A DNA stretch of 64,000 bases from Raillietiella orientalis (lineage: Eukaryota): the NCBI GenBank assembly GCA_036172245.1, contig JAYWIR010000025.1:1426001-1490000 (forward strand). The letters run 5' to 3'. Of this stretch, positions 12,631-24,069 are shown piece by piece (position 1 is the stretch's first letter; each line of letters opens with the position of its first letter). The notes beneath the pieces are model-generated. The model had not been told where the DNA came from, ran no database searches, and worked only from the letters and a program-made list of their open reading frames with translations. The position numbers were made by a program, and so were the translations under genes.

Positions 12631-15600
12631 GACGCTTTCCTATGCAACATTTCTAAATTTCTAGATCTTTGGACGTGCTCCTTGCTTGCCATTTCCAGGA
12701 AGAAATATACGTGCCTCGTTATGATCGTTCATTCTTAAAAATTCTTGGACATCCACATATTCACCTAAATATCTCTTTTCTGGATCTGCAGAAGTGTCGA
12801 CTGTCAGTCGCGCTCTCTCACCAATGACAACGAGGATTTTTCACAGGTGCCGTACCCAGATATAGTGTTTCTCTTGGGAGCATGGGCTAATTGCTGCGAT
12901 GAAAACTTTTATTTCAGGAACGAAATTAGACGTTTCTGAAGCCACCGCGTCTTTTTGAAAAAGGTTGAAGAACACTTCTGTCGCACAAGTTTCATGAATC
13001 CTTCTGGTGCTCATGATGTCTCTAGGTTGAAGCGAACCGGCGTCTGGAATTTCGTCTCTCGCCCCTTCTTTGCAACCGAGGTCTCAACGATTCTATGGGG
13101 GCTCAAATGGTCGAAGACCTCTCTGATTTTTTTTTAAGCTGTCTTCGGACCGGCAGCATACTGACCTAACTTGGAATCTCTCGCGTTTTAGAGGTTACCA
13201 AGCAATCCCTGGACTCAGCAACATAAATACCAAATATCTAAATCCTCCGTTGAACCGCTGATTACGAATTGCGAAGGGAGTAAGTGAAGATGGCAGTTTT
13301 ATCTGAAGATAAAGTTTCACTTCCTGCTCTAGCTCATAGGAACATAAACAGGTTCGATGTTCCTTTGATTTACTGGAATCCATCGTGAATTCTATTCATC
13401 GCATTCCGCTTGAGACGGTTTCCTTCTAGAAAGGTGGACCATGGCAAAAAGGAAAAAAAAAAAAGTGTTTTCAAGGAACTTTCGCCACGCAACTTTGACA
13501 TCTCGATTCAAAAAGCGCAATGCAGGAGCAAGGTCTTCGCAACGTGGACCAGAGACCTCGTGGAAGATTAGCTGCACTAACATATTATATAACAGATGAT
13601 TCGGGAGATTTTATTTCATGTCTACTGTTGAAATTATTTTGCTACTAGTTATTTCTAGGAAGAAACACTTGAGAATAAAAAAAAATCCTTTGACGTTTCC
13701 TGTTATTTAGTGAAGTCAAGCCAAGTGGAAATAGTATCATGCATTTTATCTATATATTGTGATGCTGTAATTGCTCTTTCTTTAAGAATCTTTTCTGCAA
13801 TATTTCAAGAATTTGAGCGCTGCATTTCTATTCGATTTATTAATCTGTTTTTAAATTCATCTTCTACTCATCGTAAGAACAGGAAAACATCTTAGTTCTC
13901 CAGGTCTCAGTTAACAGAATCCACATGGAAGGTGCCGATGTTTATGCATCCATTATCATTGCCTGCACTGAAACCACTGCTATTTTCCCTTTGATCATTC
14001 TCAAGATAAAACATCCTCTAGATAATTCCCAGCATTCCCATCATGGAAAACTTTTCATTTCTTTTTTTCGAGCTGGTTATTGCTTTAAAAGCTTTCGGAA
14101 TAGTGTTTTCTTTTCAAAAAAAAATAAAAAATAAAACTGAATGAATGCTGTATTCTTTTCAACTGGACCCTTGGTCATCGTAGCAGAGCAGAGATAAGAA
14201 CTCGTATCTGCCTACCGCCCCTATGTCTGTCTTTGTCTTCTATTGAAAGACAAATTATTAAACTCTGAAACTGTAATAAATACTGCAGGAATTGATATTA
14301 ATGTCGTTATCAGATGCACATAAGGTCAAACAAAATATTCTTGCTTTTGGAGAAAAACTGGTTATGCACTATTGCAACACACGAAGGCCATCAAGATAGC
14401 AGATGTGTTAACCATAACGTTTTTTGAGGGCACATCATAGAGGCATTCTTCCCTCGAAATGCAAATCCACCAGGAAGAGATTAACGGTGCTGGTTTCTAT
14501 GTCTATTGGAATTTTGAGTATGGAAACTCCTGAACGAGAGGTCTCCAAGCCTCATCTTGTTCTGCTCCAAACGTCTTTTCAGTCAGGACCGTCACAAGTG
14601 GCACGAACAAAATTTCTGAAGATTCTGGTAGGCGAAAAGTCCCATTAAAGAATGAAGATCAACCCCACCAACCATTTTGGTTTTGCAGAGGAAGAGCGTT
14701 TTCGCTCATGGGTTCAGGGGGAAAACGAAATGCTCATTCATGCTAATTATGTGTCACTTTCACCTCTGTGTAGCGGTCAGTGCCTGAAAGACTCATGAAG
14801 ATGCACCACGTAGCTATGGTTTCACAAGAATAGGCCGCAGCGCATAAAGTATAGAAATTTTGAATTTCTGTCGAGGGAATATTTCACATTTAGCCAGTGC
14901 AGTTCATCTGTCAAGCTATTTGGTACGTCTACATTGGAGGATGTTTGGAATGACACTTGGCGGTCAATTTTTGAAGATAGCACATGGTTCTCACGGAATC
15001 GCTTCCTTTTCAGTTTGCTAAACGGATGATGGCAGTCATCTCGAGAGTGTTTTTTACTTTCGAGGCAGTGCTCAAGTGAGAAACTATGAGTTGACAACGG
15101 AATTATCATGTGTGGACTTTACATTCAGATGCGTGAGCTTAATGTCAACTGCAAGATTTTTTTTACTAACTAAATATTCGAATTCTCGTCAGGTATTTTG
15201 CGTTCACAAAGATTCCCTTTCTGTTTTGCAGTGAGGATATGGAGAAGCGAATCATTTCGGACATCATGGTCAGCCACGACCTTGAAAAGAGAAAACCATA
15301 CTCACGAATATCGATTACATTAATCTTGCGATGCCTTCCAATTTTGCCCTCGGAACTGTCTTTTAAGTTGCAGATATGTTTTATAGAATTCTCATGAATG
15401 TGCTTTTGGCATTCCTCCTTATTTGGGAAGTGTTTATCGAGATGCAATTGAAGCTTTCTCCTGAGTGCTTCCAAATAATGCTTCTCAGCAAGCATCCTTT
15501 CAGCTTTCCTTGCATTTTAGAATTTCGCTATTGGGCTTTTCAATCGGAAGTCTTCTTTGTTTGCAAAGTGCCCGTCTTTCAAGTCCAAAAAGGGTATGAC

Positions 15601-18600
15601 AATGATAGTTTGTGATGTTTCTCTACGGAGCTACAACGTTGATAATAATGATGGTCTTTTAAGCATAAATCAGCCGCGGCTCTTATTTCCGTGGAACTTG
15701 TGAAAGGACATTTTAGAGGCACCGTAGTGAAATGGGAGTAAATAAGGCAGCAAAAAAAAAAGGAATGGCTGGACAAAAGAGGAGGGAGGACCTTCAATGG
15801 AATAGATAGCTCGTACCTGATGCACTCAACAGAACGCAGTAGCCAATGGAGGAGGGAATCGTTTAGTCGCGCGGAATTTTTTTTAAAGACAGGCTTACAG
15901 ATTATTCGCCCTTGCGGCTTTTGACGGAATTTACGAAAAAGAATTCGAACGCAACTTGGGCTTAAGTACCGTAAACTTCTAGATGCTTCCAACTGCCCCC
16001 TTTCTCGTGAAAGTCCACGATCTATGTATTTCTCCTCAGGACGGTTTTCTACAGTCTTGTGAATTTTGAAATTACGACACACAAAAAGCCGTAGCTGGTG
16101 CTCCTTTGGACATCTTCATTTATTAAGAAAAGTTGGTTGTTTAACAAGCAATCGGGAATGTTGCTCGATTCTTGCAAGCGTTTGAGAAAAGCAAATTTTT
16201 CCCCGAGGCGGCTTCAGCGCCATCTCTTGGCAAAGTGAAGTGAAAGAGCGATAAGCGATAATTTCCATTCAACTCTTTCCACTACCGAAGTAGAGGAGAT
16301 GGAAGAAAAAATTCCGAATGCAATGCCTCCTTCGTATGCTCTGTACTGTTCTCTCTTGCAATTCTGGAGACTGGAGCAGACAAACTTGATGACTCGAGTG
16401 TGTCCGTTTTCGTTACAGATGCTGCGCGGAAGTGCCACCTGTCAACGCTTTCCAGTATTGGTGGAAGAAATCCTCTCCGGTGCCGCGAACATTCTAGAGT
16501 AACTTGCGAAATCGGATTCAGAAAATGGACTTTTCGGAAGAAATTGACAAAGAAGTCGGCGGAGGACATCTTCTTCGGCAGGTTAGTGCTTTCGCGATTT
16601 CTTCAGTGCCTTCGAACCGGAGACTCGTTTCTGAGATTTCTTCAAGGAGCAACGGAGAGGAAGAAAGCCGCCTTTCATCGACTGCCTTCTACCAAGTGTC
16701 TTCGTTGGGTAAACGGGTCCTGCTGCCGATTTTGCTTTCTGGACTCGTACTGTCCTGGAAAGGAAACGATTATCGGAAGGATTCGCGAACCCAACTTCCG
16801 ATCTCATGAAGTGAGTTGGGAGTCTGTGGCTCCACGGGAAAGGAGAAACTCAGTCCGAAAATGCCATAGGAACGAATTTGAGTTCGCATTCGTTTTGCCT
16901 ACATCTCATGTGCTCGTTGGCAGTGCTCAATTTGGCAAACTCTGACTGTCTAAGCTAAGTCAAACTCCTGATGGATGAGTCCATTTTGTCTGCCTAAGTG
17001 GCTTGCAGACTTTTAAAATTTTATTGAAAAGGTATTTATCAGGTTGATAAACGATGCCCGAAACAGCTGTTGCGTGGAAGCATCCATCCTTTTTTGAAGC
17101 CGTTCTTTTCAGTGTGACTTCATCACACTGAAAAGAACAAGGCGAAAATTTAAATTGGACCGAGAAGAAGATTTTGCAGCTGACCATGAAGTACAGGGAA
17201 GTCCTACACCTATTTTGCAGCCCGCATCGGTGGTCGCAAGGAAACGAACAGCTGAGGTCGCAATAGAAAAACCGAATCGCGCAAAGGTGATGGATCAGAA
17301 TTGATGGAAAGCAGGCGAAAGTGTGACTGAAAACAGCATGCGACTACATCCCGTCCTTAACTTCGGTGTTTCCATAAAGATTAGAACCAATTTGTTATAT
17401 TGCCGTTTTAGTTGAAAATAGCACAAACCGATCGTGTTGAGTAATAAACTTCATCATGTCACAGGTAGCATGCTCAGATGTTGACGGTCTATCGAAGAGC
17501 AAAGAATCTTCATGACCTTTCCGAGCCTAATAGCATTTTCAATGGATTCACGCATACACAAATACACATAATTAGTCCAGTCTCATAATATACACTCCTC
17601 AGAAGGCATTTCTGGAATTTAAAGCTGAGGAAACCATCAGAAATGTTGGTACACTGAACACTCTTAACAAAACCCAGAGCTCCAGCACACTGCTTGTTAC
17701 TGTTATAACGAACGAAGAGTCTCGTGTGGCGAAAAAGAAAGAGGAAAATGGCTGAACCTAAAGATTCTCAGACCATTAAAAAGAGTTTTTTTTGTTTCCC
17801 ACTCGCTCTCCCCTCATTGCAAACATCTCTCAAGAAATGATGTCGTCAGGAAAGTGATTGATGCTGTGGTAGAAGATGTTAATCTTCTTATTTGAAGGGA
17901 AATGTATCTACTGGTTCAAAACATTTAAATCGCGAAGACCAGAGCAAGGATTCTAAGTAAGCTGATTCTCATGGATGCTGCACGCTATCAGCAACACCGT
18001 AATGGAAACTCGAGCCCCACCCAAAGTTTGAGAAGTCCAGGAGCACATGTGCCTTGTTCACCGTCGCAGCATTTGGCAGCCTTCCGGTCAAAAATCCAAG
18101 ATAAAAATGCCAATGCCTTCCACTCTCTAGAGGAGGTTTGTCGTTCTCAGAACAGCAGCTGCGAGTTTTGCAAAAGACGCCTAGTTTCGAAAGAGTTGTA
18201 GTCGGATTCTTTATCCTAGCAACAGCAGAAACAACATGAAGAAGCAATGAAGAAGAGAAAATATTAGGTGATGGGATGCAGAAAAGAAATATTAGAGATC
18301 TTTGGGAACAAGCTGATTCGCTCACTGGCTGGCTGCAACTCTCTGATCACAAGTCCGTTAAGCATGTTAGAACTTGTTTATTTAGAAATACGTCCACATG
18401 GAAATATGGATACGTTGGAATGCTGAAAAAGTAGCTGCTTTTCTTGCAAAAAAGGAAGGTCTATACTTTTCTATCAAAGCACACTAGCGATTGATGATCA
18501 TTCGAAAAGTGCATGCACAGAGAGCTCTTGTATTTTTAGATCCCTGTTCGTAGAGCAGAGTGTTTAGATCTGCCCGTCCCTGATCCACTCGAATTCTGCA

Positions 18601-21039
18601 TCTTCGATTTTACTAACCGGGCAGTAGCATAATGAAAACTGGGCTACACAAAACAAACCCTGAAATAAATTCCAGAACGCATTCGGTAACCAAGACGTGC
18701 GTAAGATGCACTTGCTTTCGTTCCAATTGTACAGAAACGTAATGGAGAGCATAAAAGAATGAAATACTGGAAAGAGAAACATTCCTCTAAGAAGCAAACG
18801 GAAACTCGGGAGGTGGTATTCGTGTACAGCCAAACAAAAGGAAAGAGCATGATGCTGCGAGCATCTTTAGTGAATGATTTCCTGCATCTAGAAATGGAGC
18901 AACGTGCATTCCCATTGTGATAACACTGGAGTCAGTAAATCAAAACATTGGATCTCCATTGCTTCTGAGGATACCCCGCCTGGTCACCTTTCCTCACTTT
19001 ATGTGGCCATAATGCTGCTTCCTTGCGAACATAAAGTTGGTGTTGTCTTGATGATTAGCTCGCAGCTCTCGGATGCTGAGCTAATGCTCGTCCAACGGAA
19101 GGCAATTGCTTTTCTTAGCTCAGACTTGCGTTTCACTTTGTCTGAGCCACGAAGATAACGGCGAACTGCACCTCTCTCCCTTCCTTTAACTCGTTTCCTA
19201 CGAATCCTTCGATCTAGATAATTTTCTACAACAGTTTGAGCTGGGTGTGGGTATGCTCCACGGTACCAATGATTTTGGGAACACGAATCAACTTCTAAAC
19301 CCAAGTATTTTTTTGACCGGGAGATTGTCTGTCTTGGTGGCCAACGGCTTCAACTCCTAGCAACAACAACGGCCGATCTTAGAAAAGGAAAATGTCTCGT
19401 GAGAATGTTCAGTGCAACACCTCGAATTTCCATGGCAGCACAAAAGGAGCAACAAACATTCTTTCTCTTTGCAGCACTCTTAGGTCTGTTTGCTTGCATA
19501 AACCCACAGCGAACGCCTGCTTTTCACTCTCGTGGGCGCTCAGCTTTTAAACTTGCCCGAGATGATGGCGTCGTATGAACAGGTCATGGAACTCAGATAG
19601 AAGCGTGTCTCCTAAGATAAACAAAGTCAACCGTGGTGATTATGATGAGTAATTAACTTTCCTCGTTTAGAAACTTCCACTGGGAAAGTTTTGTTTATGG
19701 GGAATGGGCTGATTGTAAATATAGGTGGATAGAATGAGGAGGAAGGATTCACCAATGTCTTAGTGGAAGAAGAAGTGTTTCCTTAAACGGTTGGTAGACA
19801 AAAAATCATGAGCTGCGGCATGAATACAATGATTTCTCCTGCTTAGAAGCACTTTTAATTAGACTGCCAAATTGTCAACAAGTCACGTGTTTGCATAGAG
19901 ATAATTGTAAAGATGGATCGATTAATCATGTAGGCAGATAGATGTGTTTCTGTTCATTCTCCGTTCGAAGCAGTTGTTTGAAGGCAAAACCGATAAACGG
20001 TGGTCGTCGATGAGGTTTCCTAGCCGCTAGCACTAGCAAACCGTCATGAAGACGAAAGTCTAGTAGAGTCTTGAAGTCACTCCAAGAAAGTCGATCCTTT
20101 CACTTTTCCAAAGTGAGAATATAAGTTGTATCTTGGTGTATTCAGGATTTTATCTGCCCATCTTTTTTTTTTTTTTTCTCAAGGAAATTCTCCAAAGAAA
20201 ATGGGAGAAGCAACTAAAGGTACAAAATAATCATGAGATGATCCAGGAGCCCACTGCTTGGAAGATCTTGCGAAGCCTTTCGAAATCGCGTGAATGCAAA
20301 GTCACTTCAGACTCTTCGTGTCTTCTGACATTTTCGAAAAACAAATTTCCACGTGCTCTGCTGCTCTTCCCTTATTTCTTCCGTTGGATCTCATGATTCT
20401 CTCCTCTGTGACCAGCTCACTTATTTCCACAGATCTCTTCTGATCCTCATTGAGTTTCGTAGAGGAATCCGCGGTTGCTTCTCAATAGCTAATACTCATT
20501 TGTGCAGTTGGCTCAATCCCTATTCGTATCCTCCAAAATCTTATGCCTCAGTAAGCAGCTATGTAGAATTCGAAATGCTTCCACGAACGAATGCTCTTAA
20601 ATGAAAAAGGAACGTGAAAAGAAATTCTGTAATCGGGGAATTCTTCTCCAGCTTCCGATCTCTTACAGCTTACTTTGAAGATCTATTTCTATTCACTCCA
20701 GCTCTCATTTCTCTTCCGAGTTTCGAGAATGCAAGCAAGCCACAAGACCTACTTGAATAAAGTTATAGGTGGTTAGATCTCTCCTAGATGCTGGAGACGT
20801 TCGTATGCATCCTGTCCACTCAAACCTGAGGTCTCTTCAGAATCTCTCCGGGGCATCAAATTCTCTCTCTGCTGAAGGATTTCGTATTCAGATTTGGTTT
20901 CAACGGATCTTCTTGCATTCGATGCAGGTCCTTTAGGCACAGTGGGAAAAGCCACTTTCCCCTTAAGGATTAATTTCATCTATTGTCTGTCCCCCGTCCG
21001 GCCTCTTATTTTATAAACTTATTGTCTGTGTACCTGATA

Positions 21040-21136
21040 AACCAATCTTTTAAATGTCGATCGAGGAACTCTGTGTGTTCTTCGATCGGCAATTCAATCA
21101 GATCGAGGAACTCGATCGACATTTAAAAGATTGGTT
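21040..21136. repeat. Perfect 26-bp inverted repeat with 45-bp spacer
   Basis: AACCAATCTTTTAAATGTCGATCGAG (21040-21065) and CTCGATCGACATTTAAAAGATTGGTT (21111-21136). Confidence 0.9.
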
Positions 21137-21274
21137 GAGGGGAGCGAGGTGAGTATCTCGATCGAGGAACTGACGTCACTGCTAGATTGAGTGTACGAGC
21201 ACATGCAGCCGGATGGGCGAAGGAGAGAAAATTGAGAAAACGAAGATGCGAATCCAGCCCCCTTTCATATCAGT

Positions 21275-21419
21275 TCAGGATGCAGTCTATCTGATCAGAA
21301 GTTCAATAGACAATAAAATGTAAGAACGTGATCCCAGTTCGGCAAATAACCGGCCCGGAAGCAACGCACCAGGACATGTTGAAAGAGCACAAACCTCGTG
21401 CCTCGATCGAGGAACGCTG
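21275..21419 (+). repeat. Direct repeat copy 1 (about 145 bp; partner at 22128-22271)
   Basis: Aligns nearly colinearly with 22128-22271; shared blocks include GGCAAATAAC, GGCCCGGAAGCAACGCACCA and CCTCGTGCCTCGATCGAGG. Identity is roughly 80% by eye. Confidence 0.85.
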
Positions 21420-22127
21420 GAAAGTCATGATACGGATCACATCACGGGTTCATAATGGTTTAAAAAAAGACCATACCAACAAAATGGGAAGTGTGCCTTT
21501 TCTTAATCCGATCTTTCAAATCTTGGCTTGCAGATTCTAAAGAGCGAACGGAGTTCTGTTTTCTGATGGGGAGGGAGGGAGGATCCATGCGGTGTCTGGC
21601 AAATCGGAAAAGGCAGAGGAATCGCAATTTTCACTTAAACAGCAGCGCTTTGATCAAAGATAAGGCTTTGCATTTCATAAACCCATGCGTGCAAATTGCC
21701 AGTCATATGATACAATCTTTGTTTGGTTCAACTTGGATTGTAAAGCGGAAGTACATGAAATTCCACTCTTCAGCAAACTGCTTCTCGCTGCCGTTCCGAG
21801 AAATACTCTGAGGCGTTTGTTTCGTGAACTCATCTTTTCAACAGCACCTTTGCATTCTTCACGCATGCATATCGAAAAGTCGAATGACATTCATCCGAAA
21901 TTTAAAGCATGTAAAGATCATGTAGACAGCGCTAGATAAGCTTATAAAGATTCAATCAAGATGAGATTAGTTAGTCGGATTTTTACTGCTTCAAAAAAAA
22001 AGAGAATTTTCTTTGCATCTTTTGCAAGCGTTTCAATCTCTTGAAGAGATTGAAGCGATTGATCTCTCTATTCTTGAAGAACTCTCACGAATAAAAAGCA
22101 GCTTTACTTTTAATGGTCTCGTTATGC

Positions 22128-22271
22128 TCAGAATGCAGCCGACCGGATCGGAAGTTTAATAAACAACGAAATGTGAGAAGGTGACCCGAGTTTGGCAAAT
22201 AACTGGCCCGGAAGCAACGCACCAAGGCGTGTTGAAGAGCACCATCCTCGTGCCTCGATCGAGGGACGCTG
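22128..22271 (+). repeat. Direct repeat copy 2 (about 144 bp; partner at 21275-21419)
   Basis: Same alignment as copy 1; the similarity also shows in track ORFs 21328..21540 and 22181..22366 (QITGPEATHQ). Confidence 0.85.
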
Positions 22272-22551
22272 CAGTCGGAAGTTTAACCTCTCCACGTCAT
22301 TGCGCACTGGAACCACATGGCACATGGTCATGCAGACGTTTGACATGTGGGATGATGTCACAGTGATCGGAAGATCCGAGTGAAGGTAGTGAAATGAAGG
22401 TCAGGCAAAAAAGGTCAGAAACACTGGAGTGGAAGTGACGTTTGCTATAGGAGTGATCAGATGAAAAGATTCCTGTCGTCAAGGGAGAGTTTTACGGGTG
22501 GATTTTTCAGCCTTTTTTTTTTTTTGGAGGAAATTCCAGGACATTCCGCTA

Positions 22552-22636
22552 TAACTCGTGGCTTTCCTAATTTCGTGATGAAGAGAGTCAAATTAACTCT
22601 CTTCATCATGAAATTTTGAAAGCCAGAGTTAATTTG
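22552..22636. repeat. Imperfect hairpin / nested inverted repeat (about 80 bp)
   Basis: TAACTCgTGGCTTTCctAATTTCGTGATGAAGAGAGT pairs with ACTCTCTTCATCATGAAATTttGAAAGCCAGAGTTA around a short loop. Confidence 0.8.
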
Positions 22637-23049
22637 AAACTTTTGTTTTCAAATCTTGATTAAATGCCTCCGTCAGCAGAATTTCGTCGAGAAATCCGGT
22701 TATTCGCTAGAAAAAAAAAAAAAAAAAACATCCCGGTTTCCAACCTAGATATGCTGGAATTTTCCATCACCTTTGAAGTTTCTGGAAATGCATCCGACTT
22801 TTCATCTTATCCTCATTGAAGATTCAAAATCTGCAGCTGTGGTTGCTTTTGAACCTTAAAACTAATTCTGTACACCAAAGAACTAGAATGCGCATGAAGC
22901 TGCTGAATTATGCTCTTCCTCCAGTCCTACCTAAACAGGTTTTCCCCAGAAAATCCAATATTCTTCTTCAGCAAGCTTAGTACTTACCAATTGCCTAACA
23001 TTATAGGGTTACTGAACTTCCAGTCGCTCATAGCATGAGAGATTCAGAA

Positions 23050-23867
23050 CTTGGGATTGGCTGAACCATGCTCGCAGGCTGTTGGCCTTGGAGCCCTCCT
23101 CTGTATCAGACCTCCAGGATCTCACTGGAGTGTTTGCTGCTACCACTAAGATGGGCTCCGCCGGCGGCCCCGGGCGAGCTCGGGCCAAAACCCTTCTGCG
23201 CGCACCGTCACTACCATCCCACTCATCGGAACCCGGCCGCCTGGAACTTTTCTTCCTGGAGTCCTCCGGCGGCGCAACGCCGGAAGACAAGAATGGCTCT
23301 GTCCCGGCGGCTGGGGACAGACTCGACGCTCGCGAGCCATCCATCTTCAGGGCCGGTTGCTTCGGCAGGTAAGTCGTTACACACTCCTTAGCGGATTCCG
23401 ATTTCCATGGCGCAACCATCCTGCTGCCAACACGTTTCGCATCGGGCGCCGCATCCCCCGGCGTATGGCTCATCCCACGGCTCCAGTTCCGCTTACCGAA
23501 GTTGACGCATCAGGAGCTCAGGGATCCTAGCTGCAGGCAAGCCGGACTTTTCATCCATTTCATCCATAGGTAGAGGTCATTTCGTCTCGAAAGCCCCTGA
23601 TCATTGCCTTTACCGGATGAGACCCACCTCCTTGCTTCCGCTCCAACGAGCGCCATGTACCCTGAGGCCAACTTTGGAGGGAGCCAGCTACTGTTAGGCG
23701 GTTCGATTCGTCTTTGGCTCCTGCCACCGACTCCTATGACCAGTTTGCAAGGGTTGGGATAGGATCCGTCAGCATCGCTGCTCATCCTCTCCACCAAGGT
23801 TCCCCCCCCCTCCCTTTGGCTTTGTTTGACCAGGCATAGGCCACCACCGCCTTCCTGGTCCCAGCGC
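23050..23867 (-). pseudogene. Isolated, highly diverged 28S (LSU) rRNA fragment (domain II and adjacent region, including the GTPase-associated centre)
   Basis: The minus strand contains colinear conserved LSU blocks: CTATGCCTGGTC, AAAGACGAATCGAACC...AGTAGCTGG, GTCTCATCCGGTAAAG, GGTAAGCGGAACTGG, GCCATGGAAATCGGAATCCGCTAAGGAGTGTGTAACGACTTACCTGCCGAAGCAAC...CCCTGAAGATGGATGG, ATCTTAGTGGTAGCAGCAAA. It has many indels and no flanking 18S, 5.8S or remaining 28S sequence. Confidence 0.92.
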
Positions 23868-24053
23868 GAAATTTGGCTGTATGGCTGTAAAGATGCTGCG
23901 ATCGCCGTATTCCTCTGAATACAGGAATATCCTTTGAAAGCTGCGAAACTGAAGATTCGCTTTCCTTTGTTCAACTGCTTTCCTGCTTCATTCGCGGATT
24001 GTGGCGGAAATTGTGACCCACGCTGCCATGAGTTGATAGGAAAGCAAGAACAG

Positions 24054-24069
24054 GAGAGAGAGAGAGAGA
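24054..24069 (+). repeat. (GA)n microsatellite
   Basis: Run of about 8 GA units. Confidence 0.8.

Noticed and set aside
22032..22054. Short palindromes and hairpins (22032-22054, also 12431-12448, 30723-30742, 58661-58700, 58817-58830)
   Set aside because: They are short and lack supporting context; several such structures are expected in 64 kb.
21275..22271. TRIM/LTR retroelement interpretation of the direct repeats
   Set aside because: No TG...CA termini, PBS, polypurine tract or TSD was visible.
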